A DNA stretch of 64,000 nt, from positions 1-64,000 of IMG/VR virus record IMGVR_UViG_3300036793_000060; one strand, 5' to 3'. Positions 1 to 8,360 of this stretch are shown here, one piece after another. The notes under the pieces were generated by a model that was not told the DNA's origin, did not search any database, and was given only the letters and a program-made list of their open reading frames with translations. Each line of letters begins with the position of its first letter. Position 1 is the stretch's first letter. The position numbers and the translations under genes were made by a program. This DNA comes from a virus. Taxonomy: Duplodnaviria > Caudoviricetes.

Positions 1-64
1 CCTCGCCCGCATCCGTCTCGCGTGTCCATTATGGGGTACCACGCGGACCAGTGATGCCCGTCAC

Positions 65-292
65 TCATTCCTTCGCCTGCGGCCAGTCCCACGTGACCTT
101 CGGCTTCTCCGTGACCCCGCTGGCTGCTACCTGGCCGACCAGCACCACGTTCAGCTCGGTGCGGTCGTCCGCGTGCTCCTTGGCAATGTGGCTCTCCGCC
201 TCGGACGTCACGTCGCTGCGCATAGCCCGCGACCCGCCGTGCCAGCACCGCGTGCACAGCCACATCCACATGCCCGTCCTTGACGCGGTCAC
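65..292 (-). CDS. Hypothetical protein (CxxC near N-terminus)
   Basis: GTG start overlaps upstream stop; WLCTRC motif; GC3-rich codons. Confidence 0.55.
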   Translation of the reverse strand: MTASRTGMWMWLCTRCWHGGSRAMRSDVTSEAESHIAKEHADDRTELNVVLVGQVAASGVTEKPKVTWDWPQAKE

Positions 293-540
293 GCCAGCCT
301 GCCCTCTGCGTCCATCATCAGCGACCCGTGGATGATGCAGTCCAGCTGCGGCGGCGCGGGGGACTCCCAGCTGTAGCGGCGCTGGCAGCTGCAGGCGACC
401 GCCGCGAACCGGACCAGGTTGGCCCGCTGCTCCAGCTGGGCGGCTGCCTGCGCCTCGTGCAGCGCCATCATCGCCGCCTCCAGCTCGGGATTCGGCTGCT
501 GCGGCATGAACATCGATGCGACCGGCCCTGGCGTCGTCAC
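289..540 (-). CDS. Hypothetical protein
   Basis: GTGA start/stop overlap with upstream ORF; MTTPGPVASMF...CSC...CIIH. Confidence 0.55.
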   Translation of the reverse strand: MTTPGPVASMFMPQQPNPELEAAMMALHEAQAAAQLEQRANLVRFAAVACSCQRRYSWESPAPPQLDCIIHGSLMMDAEGRLA

Positions 541-860
541 AGCTGAACCTCCTGCGACTCCCTGACGCGCAGGTAAGCGCCGTACGCGCGCCGGCGAGGG
601 TCGCCGGATCGCAGGTACCTGGTCGATGCCCTGGCCACCCCGGCATCGCCCCAGGCGTACCTGGCTGCCGCGATGGCGTGGCGGACCTTCTTGTCGCGCC
701 TGCGCTCCTGCCTGCCCGACAGCGGGCCGTCCAGTCCTGCCCTGGTGAGGGACTGCGTCCCGTCCTCGCTGGTGGTGAACCCGTAGCGCTGCCTGCGGTA
801 GTTCCGCTCGCGGTCCCACGATCCCAGGCTCACCGCGTCGCCCCGCACGTGCAGGTCCAC
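537..860 (-). CDS. Hypothetical basic protein
   Basis: ORF within tightly packed minus-strand cluster; start uncertain. Confidence 0.5.
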   Translation of the reverse strand: MDLHVRGDAVSLGSWDRERNYRRQRYGFTTSEDGTQSLTRAGLDGPLSGRQERRRDKKVRHAIAAARYAWGDAGVARASTRYLRSGDPRRRAYGAYLRVRESQEVQL

Positions 861-923
861 ACGCCGTTGACGTTCACGAACAGGTGCACGTGGCTGACCT
901 TCTCCGCGCAGCCCTTGTCCGGC

Positions 924-1157
924 CTAGCCACGCTTCACCCGGCTGACCAGCTCGCGCCATGCGGCGGGGCTGACCTCCAGCACAGGGCCGCCGGGCAGCG
1001 CGCTGTCCCTGATCCCGATCCGGCCGGCGCCCTGGCCTGCCTGCACGCACTCGTTGATGGTGCAGCGCGTGCTCACGCGCCAGCTGCCCGCCTCCACGCA
1101 GTTGCAGCACTGCCCGTTGGTCATGCTGAAGGTGGACTTGCGCCAGTTACTTGCCAT
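924..1157 (-). CDS. DUF397 (BldB/AbaA-like) protein
   Basis: WRKSTFS...CVEA...IRDS...P.L.VSPAAWRELV matches the DUF397 signature. Confidence 0.85.
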   Translation of the reverse strand: MASNWRKSTFSMTNGQCCNCVEAGSWRVSTRCTINECVQAGQGAGRIGIRDSALPGGPVLEVSPAAWRELVSRVKRG

Positions 1158-1356
1158 GTGAGCTGCCCTTTCTCTCGAACTCTCCGTTGCGGACCCCGCC
1201 GAGGAACGCGTCCCACTCAGCCGGGGTGAACTGCAGCCAGCCGCCGTCCGGATCCCGGCCGCTGCGCACCAGGACAGTGCCGTCTGCCAGCTCCTTCGCC
1301 TGCGCTCCCTCGCCGCGCACGGGCTGCAGCGAGGACGCCGTCCATGTGCAGGTCAC
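1147..1356 (-). CDS. DUF397-like protein (second copy)
   Basis: VLVRS..DPDGGWLQFTPAEWDAFLGGVRNGEF is the typical DUF397 C-terminal motif. Confidence 0.75.
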   Translation of the reverse strand: MTCTWTASSLQPVRGEGAQAKELADGTVLVRSGRDPDGGWLQFTPAEWDAFLGGVRNGEFERKGSSHGK

Positions 1357-2510
1357 TCGCTGGCCTCGCCAGCCCGCGACGCGAGCACGCCCAGGACGGC
1401 CCAGGGGACGTCGCTGGCGGCCTCAGGGTGGGCGGCGATCATCCGCACCCAGTCGGACTCGCCCATGGCGTCCAGGACCGTGCCGACGCTGCCCAGCTCG
1501 CCAGCGACCGCCGCCAGCAGTGCCGTGGGCGTGGCTGCCTGCTCGTGCATGCCCAGCTGGTCCAGCATCTGGGTGACCAGCTCGGTCAGGTGGTCGATCT
1601 TCGCCTCCATGCGCCAGAACCTGGCGGGCCAGTCCTGCGGCCCCCGCACGGTCGTCCAGCTGCCGGGATCCGGCGCGTACGTCGCCTGGATGTAGCGCTG
1701 CGCGGCCTCCTGCTGCTGCTCGGGCGAGAGAGGCGGCGCCAGGTACGCGCTGACCGGGCCGGTGGGGATGGCCTGCCACAGCCCCTGGCTGTTCGGCGCG
1801 CTCTGGGCGCCGTGCGGCAGCTCCTGCCCGCTGGGGCCGAGCGCTACGGATGCGTTCTCCGGTGAGATCGCGCTCGTGACGCTGAGGCTGGCCGGCGCGT
1901 CCTGGTAGCCCGGCGGCTGCGCCGGGTCGGCCACGATGGTCAGGCTGTTGTTGACCACCGGCTGGCCGGGATCCGGCTCGCCCTCAGTGCTGACCGCGTC
2001 CCGCTTGTGGTACTCCTCGACCACCCTGGGGTGCGCCTCCAGGGCGTACCGGGCGTGCGACAGCTTCTCGTCGAAGTTCTCGACGTTGTCGCCCTGGCGC
2101 CCGGCCTCCTCCAGCTCGGCGATCTTCTCGGTGATCACGCGCTCGATCCCCTGCGGCGCGCTGATCCGGCCGGGTGTGATGGACGTCCAGTAGCGGGCGT
2201 ACCAGCCCGTCATGTCCTCGCGCTTCTCCTGCTCCGCCAGCCACGAGCGGTATGTGGCCATGATCCCTGCTCCCTTTACGTTGAACTCGAACCAGCGGCC
2301 CACGGGAAGCACGAACGACATCATCCGGACTATCTCGTAGAACCTCCGGCGTCTCACGAGTATTTCAGCATGCTTGTGTTCACTGGCGTACCACCAGTTG
2401 AACTGCATCCAGGCTTCTGGCCTCTCGATGCGGCTGGTGTGCACCGACAGCTGCCGGATGAACAGGATCACGTCCTGCTCCTGCTCCCTCAGCCTGCCTG
2501 CCTTGTCCAC
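1353..2510 (-). CDS. Hypothetical protein, 385 aa
   Basis: Long ORF with coupled stop/start; no family recognised. Confidence 0.7.
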   Translation of the reverse strand: MDKAGRLREQEQDVILFIRQLSVHTSRIERPEAWMQFNWWYASEHKHAEILVRRRRFYEIVRMMSFVLPVGRWFEFNVKGAGIMATYRSWLAEQEKREDMTGWYARYWTSITPGRISAPQGIERVITEKIAELEEAGRQGDNVENFDEKLSHARYALEAHPRVVEEYHKRDAVSTEGEPDPGQPVVNNSLTIVADPAQPPGYQDAPASLSVTSAISPENASVALGPSGQELPHGAQSAPNSQGLWQAIPTGPVSAYLAPPLSPEQQQEAAQRYIQATYAPDPGSWTTVRGPQDWPARFWRMEAKIDHLTELVTQMLDQLGMHEQAATPTALLAAVAGELGSVGTVLDAMGESDWVRMIAAHPEAASDVPWAVLGVLASRAGEASE

Positions 2511-2746
2511 GGTAACCTACCCGCGCGCTCATCCGGCTCGTACAGCGCCATGTGGCCCTGTGCCCTGCCCAGCCAGTTGATGGCCCGCACCAGGTCGTCG
2601 GCGACCTGCGTTGGCACCTTCCCGCCGCCGTTGCGCAGCCACTCGGACATGCGCCGTACCTCATCCTCAGTCTCGTGCAGCCTGGCCAGGACCATGGCCT
2701 TCTCGCTGCCTGACACCACGAACCGCTGTTCTATCGACCTTGGCAT
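2489..2746 (-). CDS. Hypothetical protein (in-frame TTA at 2513-2515, just before the next start)
   Basis: ATG at 2746, first gene left of the AT-rich intergenic region. Confidence 0.65.
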   Translation of the reverse strand: MPRSIEQRFVVSGSEKAMVLARLHETEDEVRRMSEWLRNGGGKVPTQVADDLVRAINWLGRAQGHMALYEPDERAGRLPWTRQAG

Positions 2747-2799
2747 GGAACGTATCCTACCACAGCTTCCAGCCTACAGTTTTCCAGGCCGCTCAAACC

Positions 2800-3150
2800 C
2801 TCGCTGACCTGCGGAGACTCACAGTTCATACAATTCTACGCTCGATTATAACCTTATACGCCTAAAAGCCTGTATTCTAATTAATCCTTGCCTTTACCTA
2901 CTTTATTCCTTCCTTCTCTCTATTCCTAGAACCGTTAAGGAAAAAGTGTAAAAAGAGTAAAAGGCCAGGTCAGAGTAGGTTTAAGGCCTTACACTTATTT
3001 ACAACTTTGACAGTTCCTGTTTTCGCCCTATCATCTACCTGCCTGTCTTGTCCATCTGCCTGCTCATCTGCCTGCCTGACGTAGGCAAGTTTTCTCGTAC
3101 ATCCGGATGAAGCGTGAAAAGTGCGAGGTTATCCACAGGGTTGTCCACAA
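2800..3150. other. Putative replication origin: AT-rich tract, short repeats, tandem DnaA boxes
   Basis: Most AT-rich non-coding stretch in the window; AAGTGTAA/TTACACTT inverted repeat; CATCTGCCTG repeats; TTATCCACA 3129-3137 and TTGTCCACA 3141-3149. Confidence 0.65.
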
Positions 3151-3221
3151 GCAAGGCGGCCACCGAGCGCTTCTGCCCAGTGACCGCCTGCTATGTAGTG
3201 AATCGCTATACGCTATACGGC

Positions 3222-3425
3222 TCAGTCGCCGCCTATGCCCTCGCTGCGCACTCTCCTCACCTCCTCCAGCACCGCCCCGAACGCAGTGCCCTCAGGGTCG
3301 GCCGCCGTCGCCAGCCAGGCCGCGTGAGCCATCGCCTCGGCAGGCGCCATCGCGCACCTCGGGTTGAGCACCAGCACCCACCCGTCTCCGTCGGTGGCCA
3401 CCCGCTGGCTGTTCGCCGTGCTCAT
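3222..3425 (-). CDS. Hypothetical protein
   Basis: ATGA-coupled start MSTANSQ. Confidence 0.6.
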   Translation of the reverse strand: MSTANSQRVATDGDGWVLVLNPRCAMAPAEAMAHAAWLATAADPEGTAFGAVLEEVRRVRSEGIGGD

Positions 3426-3634
3426 GGTGGCCCCTCCCTCCTGGTGTCCAGCGGCCAGCCGAGTCCCGGCGCGCACCGCCTGTGGTTCCGCACCCACGCC
3501 CCGTACGCCTGGTGGGCCAGGTAGCACGGGTTGCAGGGGACCGACCTGGGGACGGCCTCCAGGTGCATGTTGTAGCCCCGGTTGGTGCCGGTCCTGCCCT
3601 CGCAGGCCAGGGCGGCTGCAGGCTCACCGCGCAT
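3422..3634 (-). CDS. Small putative metal-binding protein
   Basis: GT..GY..H......PC.PC..A motif of a kind common in actinophage small proteins. Confidence 0.55.
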   Translation of the reverse strand: MRGEPAAALACEGRTGTNRGYNMHLEAVPRSVPCNPCYLAHQAYGAWVRNHRRCAPGLGWPLDTRREGPP

Positions 3635-4061
3635 TCGGCAGGTCGTCGTCCCAGCCGTAGTCGAGCAGCCGGGGCAGCAGTGCCATCGTGTACGCCGCGT
3701 ACGACTGGGGGCTGACGTTCCGGTCCTTCAGCGCCTCCTGCAGCACCTTCTGCGTTGCCTTCACCGCCGCCAGGGCGTGGCTCAGCGGGATAGGCTCCAG
3801 GCCCAGCTCCGCCTCCGGGTTCTCCGCAGGCTTGCCCTCGTCCATCTCCTGTCCTTCCTCCCGGCCGTCTTCCACCGACCGGATCATGAGCACGCCGTCC
3901 CCAAGGCTCCGCGTCACCACGATCAGTGCGTGCCGCCTCCCCCAGGCGTAGGCTGCCTCGCGGAACGCCCCGGCTGACTCGATCCCGTGCTCGCCCTCCT
4001 TCACGGCGTGCCACCTCCCGTCGAGCAGGGCCGCCCACGGGTACCTCGGCTCGCTGCTCAC
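3624..4061 (-). CDS. Hypothetical protein
   Basis: GTG start coupled to upstream stop; PWAALLDGRWH...FREAAY. Confidence 0.6.
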   Translation of the reverse strand: MSSEPRYPWAALLDGRWHAVKEGEHGIESAGAFREAAYAWGRRHALIVVTRSLGDGVLMIRSVEDGREEGQEMDEGKPAENPEAELGLEPIPLSHALAAVKATQKVLQEALKDRNVSPQSYAAYTMALLPRLLDYGWDDDLPNAR

Positions 4062-4354
4062 GAGCGGTCCCTCGCCGGCCCGTGCACGTCGTCCCCGTCG
4101 ATGTCCAGCCCGGTCAGGGCGCACAGGTCCCTGGCCAGCTCGACGCTCATCGGCACCTCTCCGCTGAACGTCCGCGACAGGTGCCACCGGGTGACCTTCA
4201 TCGACTCGGCGACGTGCCCGAGCGGGATGTCCCGCATGATGGCCCAGGCCTTCACCCTCTTCCCGAGCCGCATCGCATCCGGTACCTCTAGCATCAGCGT
4301 GCCTCTCGGCCGCCGTGGAACTCCCATTGTCATTGTCAGCTCCTCATGGCCCAC
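4058..4354 (-). CDS. XRE-family helix-turn-helix protein
   Basis: LGHVAESMKVTRWHLSRTFSGE...VELARDLC helix-turn-helix pattern. Confidence 0.65.
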   Translation of the reverse strand: MGHEELTMTMGVPRRPRGTLMLEVPDAMRLGKRVKAWAIMRDIPLGHVAESMKVTRWHLSRTFSGEVPMSVELARDLCALTGLDIDGDDVHGPARDRS

Positions 4355-5880
4355 TCCGCGTTGAGCCTTATTCCGGTGAAACGCCGTCGCCCGGATGAAT
4401 ATGCCACCCCCTCTTTCGCCCCGAGCTTAAGGTAGAACTCATTGCGCCCGAGGTATGCCAGTCCCCTCGCCCATTCCCGGTATGCCATCCACATCGCCGA
4501 GGCCGTGGTCTCCCATACGGCTCCCGGCGCGGCACTGCCATCCGGCTTCTCGCAGCACTCTGCGGTGAACGCGTCCACGGTATCCTGGCTGGCCACGTAC
4601 CTGGCCGTCTCGACTTCCACGCTCAGCGGCTGGGGAAGCCCGTCCCGGTAGTACCGCATGGCGGCCCTCACCAGCAGTGCGAGTATCGCCTCTCCCTCAG
4701 CGGCCAGGACCCTCTCGGCCTTCATCACGTCAATCTCCCAGGGCGCCAGTGACTCCCCTCCTGGAATGACCGCGATACGGCGCCTAAGCCCGCTGTCAAA
4801 GCTCGCGACGCTAGGAAGGTCATTAGTCGCGCCGAATGGAAGCCACGTAACCGGAGTCCGGATCTCCGTTTTTGCGTAGTGCTGATTTACGGTGATCTCT
4901 GGCTCTCCTGTGAGCCTCTTGACTTGTGCCTCGTCAAGCTTGATTCTCGAACTCATCTCCGACATGATTACAAGGCGCTTGCTTCGTATCGAATTCTCAG
5001 TCCTGGCATTCCTGCCATGCGGCACCTGGGCGATCAGCTCTGTCGACGTTGAGTGAGCGAGTCGTCCCAGCACCTGGGAGACAATCCAAAGCACTTTCGA
5101 CTTCCCCGACCCGGCCGGGCCTGCCAGGAACGGGAACAAGTGCTCGGGATTGCGCCCCAGCAGCGAGTACCCGAGCACCCTCAGCAGGTAGTCGGCGCTC
5201 TCCGCGTCCGCGCACGCGCGCACGGCCATGCCCCAGAACCCTGTAGCCTGCGACGCCAGCTCTCCCCTGTAGTCCCACTCCAGGCAGTAGGTGATCATGT
5301 CCGCAGGGTTGTGCGGGCGAAGCTCGCCGGTAAGCAGCGATACGGTCCCGTTCGCGCAGTTCAGGTAGCCCTCGGTGCGCGAGAACTCGAAGTCGGCGAC
5401 GTCGGTGCCGCACACCCCGGCGAGGTACCGCTCAAGCGACCCCATCCCGGCTGACTTCAGCAGCCCGGCGTTGTACCGCCAGGCCGCGTCCCACCCCTCG
5501 GCCTTCCACCTGCGGTCCAGCTCGCCCCTCAGCGCCGCGTCCGGGGGCCGCCGGTCACGCCCGCCCGCCGTCTCCTCGATCTCCAGCGCGATGGCCGTCC
5601 TCGCCGCGCGCAGGGCCTCACGTGACCGCACCGCCCAGTCCCGGCACATCTGGTGGATCCGCATCGACTGGTCCGGCCGGTGGCAGGTCCCGTCCCACAC
5701 GTACCACTGCGCGTCCCCCGGAACGTAGTGCAGCATCCCCTCCCACTCATTGGCGATGCAGACGGCTGCGTCGTTGTCGCTCGCCACCAGCGCCGCCCGC
5801 GTGGCCCCGAGCGACAGCGACCCGTCGTCGTCCCACAGCACGAGGTACTGCCATGACCGGGGTGCCCCCCGCCGCGCCAC
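4336..5880 (-). CDS. P4/D5-family SF3 helicase (D5_N + ATPase)
   Basis: WYVWDG D5_N motif, LNCANGTVSL, Walker A GPAGSGKS, motif B LVIMSE, motif C ATN. Confidence 0.92.
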   Translation of the reverse strand: MARRGAPRSWQYLVLWDDDGSLSLGATRAALVASDNDAAVCIANEWEGMLHYVPGDAQWYVWDGTCHRPDQSMRIHQMCRDWAVRSREALRAARTAIALEIEETAGGRDRRPPDAALRGELDRRWKAEGWDAAWRYNAGLLKSAGMGSLERYLAGVCGTDVADFEFSRTEGYLNCANGTVSLLTGELRPHNPADMITYCLEWDYRGELASQATGFWGMAVRACADAESADYLLRVLGYSLLGRNPEHLFPFLAGPAGSGKSKVLWIVSQVLGRLAHSTSTELIAQVPHGRNARTENSIRSKRLVIMSEMSSRIKLDEAQVKRLTGEPEITVNQHYAKTEIRTPVTWLPFGATNDLPSVASFDSGLRRRIAVIPGGESLAPWEIDVMKAERVLAAEGEAILALLVRAAMRYYRDGLPQPLSVEVETARYVASQDTVDAFTAECCEKPDGSAAPGAVWETTASAMWMAYREWARGLAYLGRNEFYLKLGAKEGVAYSSGRRRFTGIRLNAEWAMRS

Positions 5881-5958
5881 TTACGTGCCCCCGCTGGCTG
5901 ATACATTGCCCATGGTCAGCAATTTCCGCCTTTCCCGGTGCAGGATCGCGGACGGCCG

Positions 5959-5996
5959 GCGGGCGCCAGCGCTTCTCATCCGGCGCTGGCGCCCGC
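5959..5996. other. Perfect 14-bp inverted repeat upstream of the helicase
   Basis: GCGGGCGCCAGCGC-10 nt-GCGCTGGCGCCCGC. Confidence 0.6.
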
Positions 5997-6029
5997 TCCT
6001 CATCCGGTGGTGCCTGCGATCGTACGCCG

Positions 6030-6317
6030 CTATTCCTCCCGGCTACAGCACGCTCCGGTCCATCCGCCCTCGTCGTTGCTGTACCGCATCCGCATCCCCG
6101 GCTCCATGTACTGGCCGCAGCCCTGGCAGAACCCTCCGTGCTCGGCCCGCGTCCAGGGTCCGTACTCGCCGGTAGCCTCCGACGCCAGCTGCGACAGCGC
6201 GTCCCACTCCGCCGGCCCGTACGTGGTGCGCGTCTCTATCCGGATGGATCCCCGGCGAGGCGTGCATATCGCGCACGTCGCCTTGGGCAGCAGGTGGATG
6301 CAGTCATCCGAGGCCAT
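6030..6317 (-). CDS. Hypothetical Cys-rich (Zn-binding) protein
   Basis: CIH.....CAIC and FCQGC motifs. Confidence 0.6.
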   Translation of the reverse strand: MASDDCIHLLPKATCAICTPRRGSIRIETRTTYGPAEWDALSQLASEATGEYGPWTRAEHGGFCQGCGQYMEPGMRMRYSNDEGGWTGACCSREE

Positions 6318-6534
6318 CGAGCAGCTCCGATGCGGTCGTGCCCAGCGACCGCGCGACGGCGGCCAGGCTGGCGATGTATGCGCTCCCTGTTCCGCGCTCC
6401 ATCCGGCTCAGGGTGGGCGGGCTGACGCCTGCCTGCCCCGCCAGGGCCTTCTGCGTCTGCCCCGTCGCCCTCCGGGCCTTCGCGATGCGCAGCCCCACGG
6501 CCACGGCTATCGCGTGCTCCTCATCGCGGCTCAT
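6304..6534 (-). CDS. XRE-family HTH regulator
   Basis: GLRIAKARRATGQTQKALAGQAGVSPPTLSRMERG, a classic HTH_3 pattern. Confidence 0.88.
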   Translation of the reverse strand: MSRDEEHAIAVAVGLRIAKARRATGQTQKALAGQAGVSPPTLSRMERGTGSAYIASLAAVARSLGTTASELLDGLG

Positions 6535-7036
6535 GCTTGCCTGCCGGGGCATCCCCGTCACCTCCCCGGCGCAGGCCAGGCGAGCTGACCCCGTCCAGGT
6601 CGGCGAGTGTCCAGTGCCCGGACAGCGTCCGGACCTCCCACCATGCCGCGCAGTCGCACCCGAGCAGCACCAGCGTGCAGTCCTGCGTGACGGACAGGCC
6701 GGCCATCCCGAGCAGGGCCGGGCGCGTGATGAGCGAGTGCGCCAGCAGGCGCGGCGAGTGCTCGTGCGGCGCCTCATCCGGCCCGGCCTCATACGGGACC
6801 GCCGCGTCAAGGTGCCTCTTGTACTGCAGGATGACCGCGCCCGTGACGACCGCCGCGACGTCGTCAGTGATCAGGTCTTGCTTGTAGCCGGTGGCGAAGC
6901 CCTCGCCCGCCCTCGGCAGCGCCTTCCGGAACGCCTCGACCACGCACGACGGAACTCCTAGTACCTCTCCCGGCTCCGGCTCGGACCCGAGGGCCTCATC
7001 CGCGCTAGCCACCCAGCATCTGCTGCTGTCGCCCAT
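6521..7036 (-). CDS. Hypothetical protein
   Basis: ORF fills the gap between primase and XRE genes; start uncertain. Confidence 0.5.
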   Translation of the reverse strand: MGDSSRCWVASADEALGSEPEPGEVLGVPSCVVEAFRKALPRAGEGFATGYKQDLITDDVAAVVTGAVILQYKRHLDAAVPYEAGPDEAPHEHSPRLLAHSLITRPALLGMAGLSVTQDCTLVLLGCDCAAWWEVRTLSGHWTLADLDGVSSPGLRRGGDGDAPAGKHEPR

Positions 7037-7908
7037 TTCTCCTCTTCCCTTTCCCTTTTCACGATGTACGCACGCGCATGGGTAATGATAGTGCGTACTT
7101 CCGACCACGGGAACCCGTGATTGTCCATCTTCTCCCAGGCTTCCCGCAGGGTTGCTGTTACCTGCTCCAGCCCGGCCGTACCGGTACCATACCTCCGGAA
7201 CAGCGATGCGGCGAGCCGCGACAGCTCGTTGTTGCGGTTGCCGGGTACCAGTCCGGCATCATTCCTGAACGGCTCAGGACGATCCTGGACGGAACTGGAC
7301 GCTGGCGCGGTCGCTATCCACTCGCCCAGCCCGTCCGGTATCGCCGGCAGCGTGCAGGGGCAGCCGCCGGCCCACTCATACGGCAGGATCCGGTCTATCG
7401 CCTCCTGGCCGGCCTCAAGCCTCGGCATGACCAGCCCGCTGGGCGGTACCACGACGTACCCGCCGTCGCCCTTCACGTCCACGCCGGGCAGCAGTCCCGT
7501 GCGGTTCGGCACGCCGCCTGCCCACGGCCACCGCATCCACAGGTGCGCCCCGCCCGACGGCGTGCGCGCCCACGGGACGTCCGGCATGGCGATCCCCCGT
7601 GCCTGGCACAGCCCGGCCAGCTCCCGAGGCCCGTCCGCGCCGTTCTTGCGGTCCAGGTCGATGACAACCAGCCCCTGCCCGCACGCTATCCCGATGTTGG
7701 CCGACGGCGCGGAATCCCACCAGCGCCGTATCAGCTGGTAGTCGACGTCACCGTGGTGGACGCCGCCCTCGTAGCCGAGCACTGCGTGCGGCCTCTTGCC
7801 TCCTCGGGCCAGCGGCAGCACCCGGTAGTGCGCTCCCGCGTACCATTCGGCGAACTGCCCCATGCTCGCGCACCCCGCAGCGTGGTCAGCGAACTGGTGG
7901 CTCAGCAC
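6958..7908 (-). CDS. Bifunctional DNA primase/polymerase (Prim-Pol) with PriCT-1-like C-terminus
   Basis: NIGIACG, VIDLDRKNG, RTPSGGAHL, DVKGDGGYVVVPPS; GNRNNELSRLAASL. Confidence 0.92.
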   Translation of the reverse strand: MLSHQFADHAAGCASMGQFAEWYAGAHYRVLPLARGGKRPHAVLGYEGGVHHGDVDYQLIRRWWDSAPSANIGIACGQGLVVIDLDRKNGADGPRELAGLCQARGIAMPDVPWARTPSGGAHLWMRWPWAGGVPNRTGLLPGVDVKGDGGYVVVPPSGLVMPRLEAGQEAIDRILPYEWAGGCPCTLPAIPDGLGEWIATAPASSSVQDRPEPFRNDAGLVPGNRNNELSRLAASLFRRYGTGTAGLEQVTATLREAWEKMDNHGFPWSEVRTIITHARAYIVKREREEEKWATAADAGWLARMRPSGPSRSRERY

Positions 7909-8194
7909 CGGTCAGCCCGTCCCTGCGCAGGTGGTACAGCCCCTGCTCCTCCAGCGACACGCCAGCCCCGCGCAGCTCCATCCCGGTCCAGGCGCAGATC
8001 TCCATCGCAAGCGCGACGGTGGTCACCCGCGTCCCGTTCTCAAGGCGGGACAGCGAGTTGACGTTGATTCCCAGGTCTTTCGCCAGCTCCCAGCAGGCAA
8101 GGTGGTGCAGGGCACGCCAGGCGGCGATCCGGCGGCCGAACCGGATCGCCTCCTCCTGCGACAGGCGCGGCGTGCCATTCGGGTAACTCGGCAT
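7886..8194 (-). CDS. XRE-family HTH protein
   Basis: FGRRIAAWR....LAKDLGINVNSLSRLENG. Confidence 0.85.
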   Translation of the reverse strand: MPSYPNGTPRLSQEEAIRFGRRIAAWRALHHLACWELAKDLGINVNSLSRLENGTRVTTVALAMEICAWTGMELRGAGVSLEEQGLYHLRRDGLTGAEPPVR

Positions 8195-8360
8195 CGAACC
8201 CGCCGCCCCTCACCAGGGTCCACCGGGTCAGGCGGCGCACCATGCGCGGTGACATGTCGAAGTACGTGACCTTCCGCTCGTAGAAGTCGATGATGATCGA
8301 CGGCCCCTGGGGAGATCCCCAGGCGATCATGTTCCCCAGCCTCGCCAGCCTTCTACGCAT
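8184..8360 (-). CDS. Small hypothetical protein; apparent end at TTA 8184-8186 (formal stop at 8040)
   Basis: ATG at 8360 coupled to upstream gene; beyond the TTA the frame is a shadow of the next gene. Confidence 0.5.

Noticed and set aside
4740-4990. Lower-GC patches inside genes (also ~38520-39230 and ~54840-55060) as inteins, introns or DGR variable regions
   Set aside because: Frames and domains are continuous; no intein termini, template repeat or reverse transcriptase is present. Most likely mosaic recombination.
5930-5936. GGGAAAG slippery heptamer upstream of the helicase
   Set aside because: The frame entering it has no start codon, and the -1 product stops within four codons.
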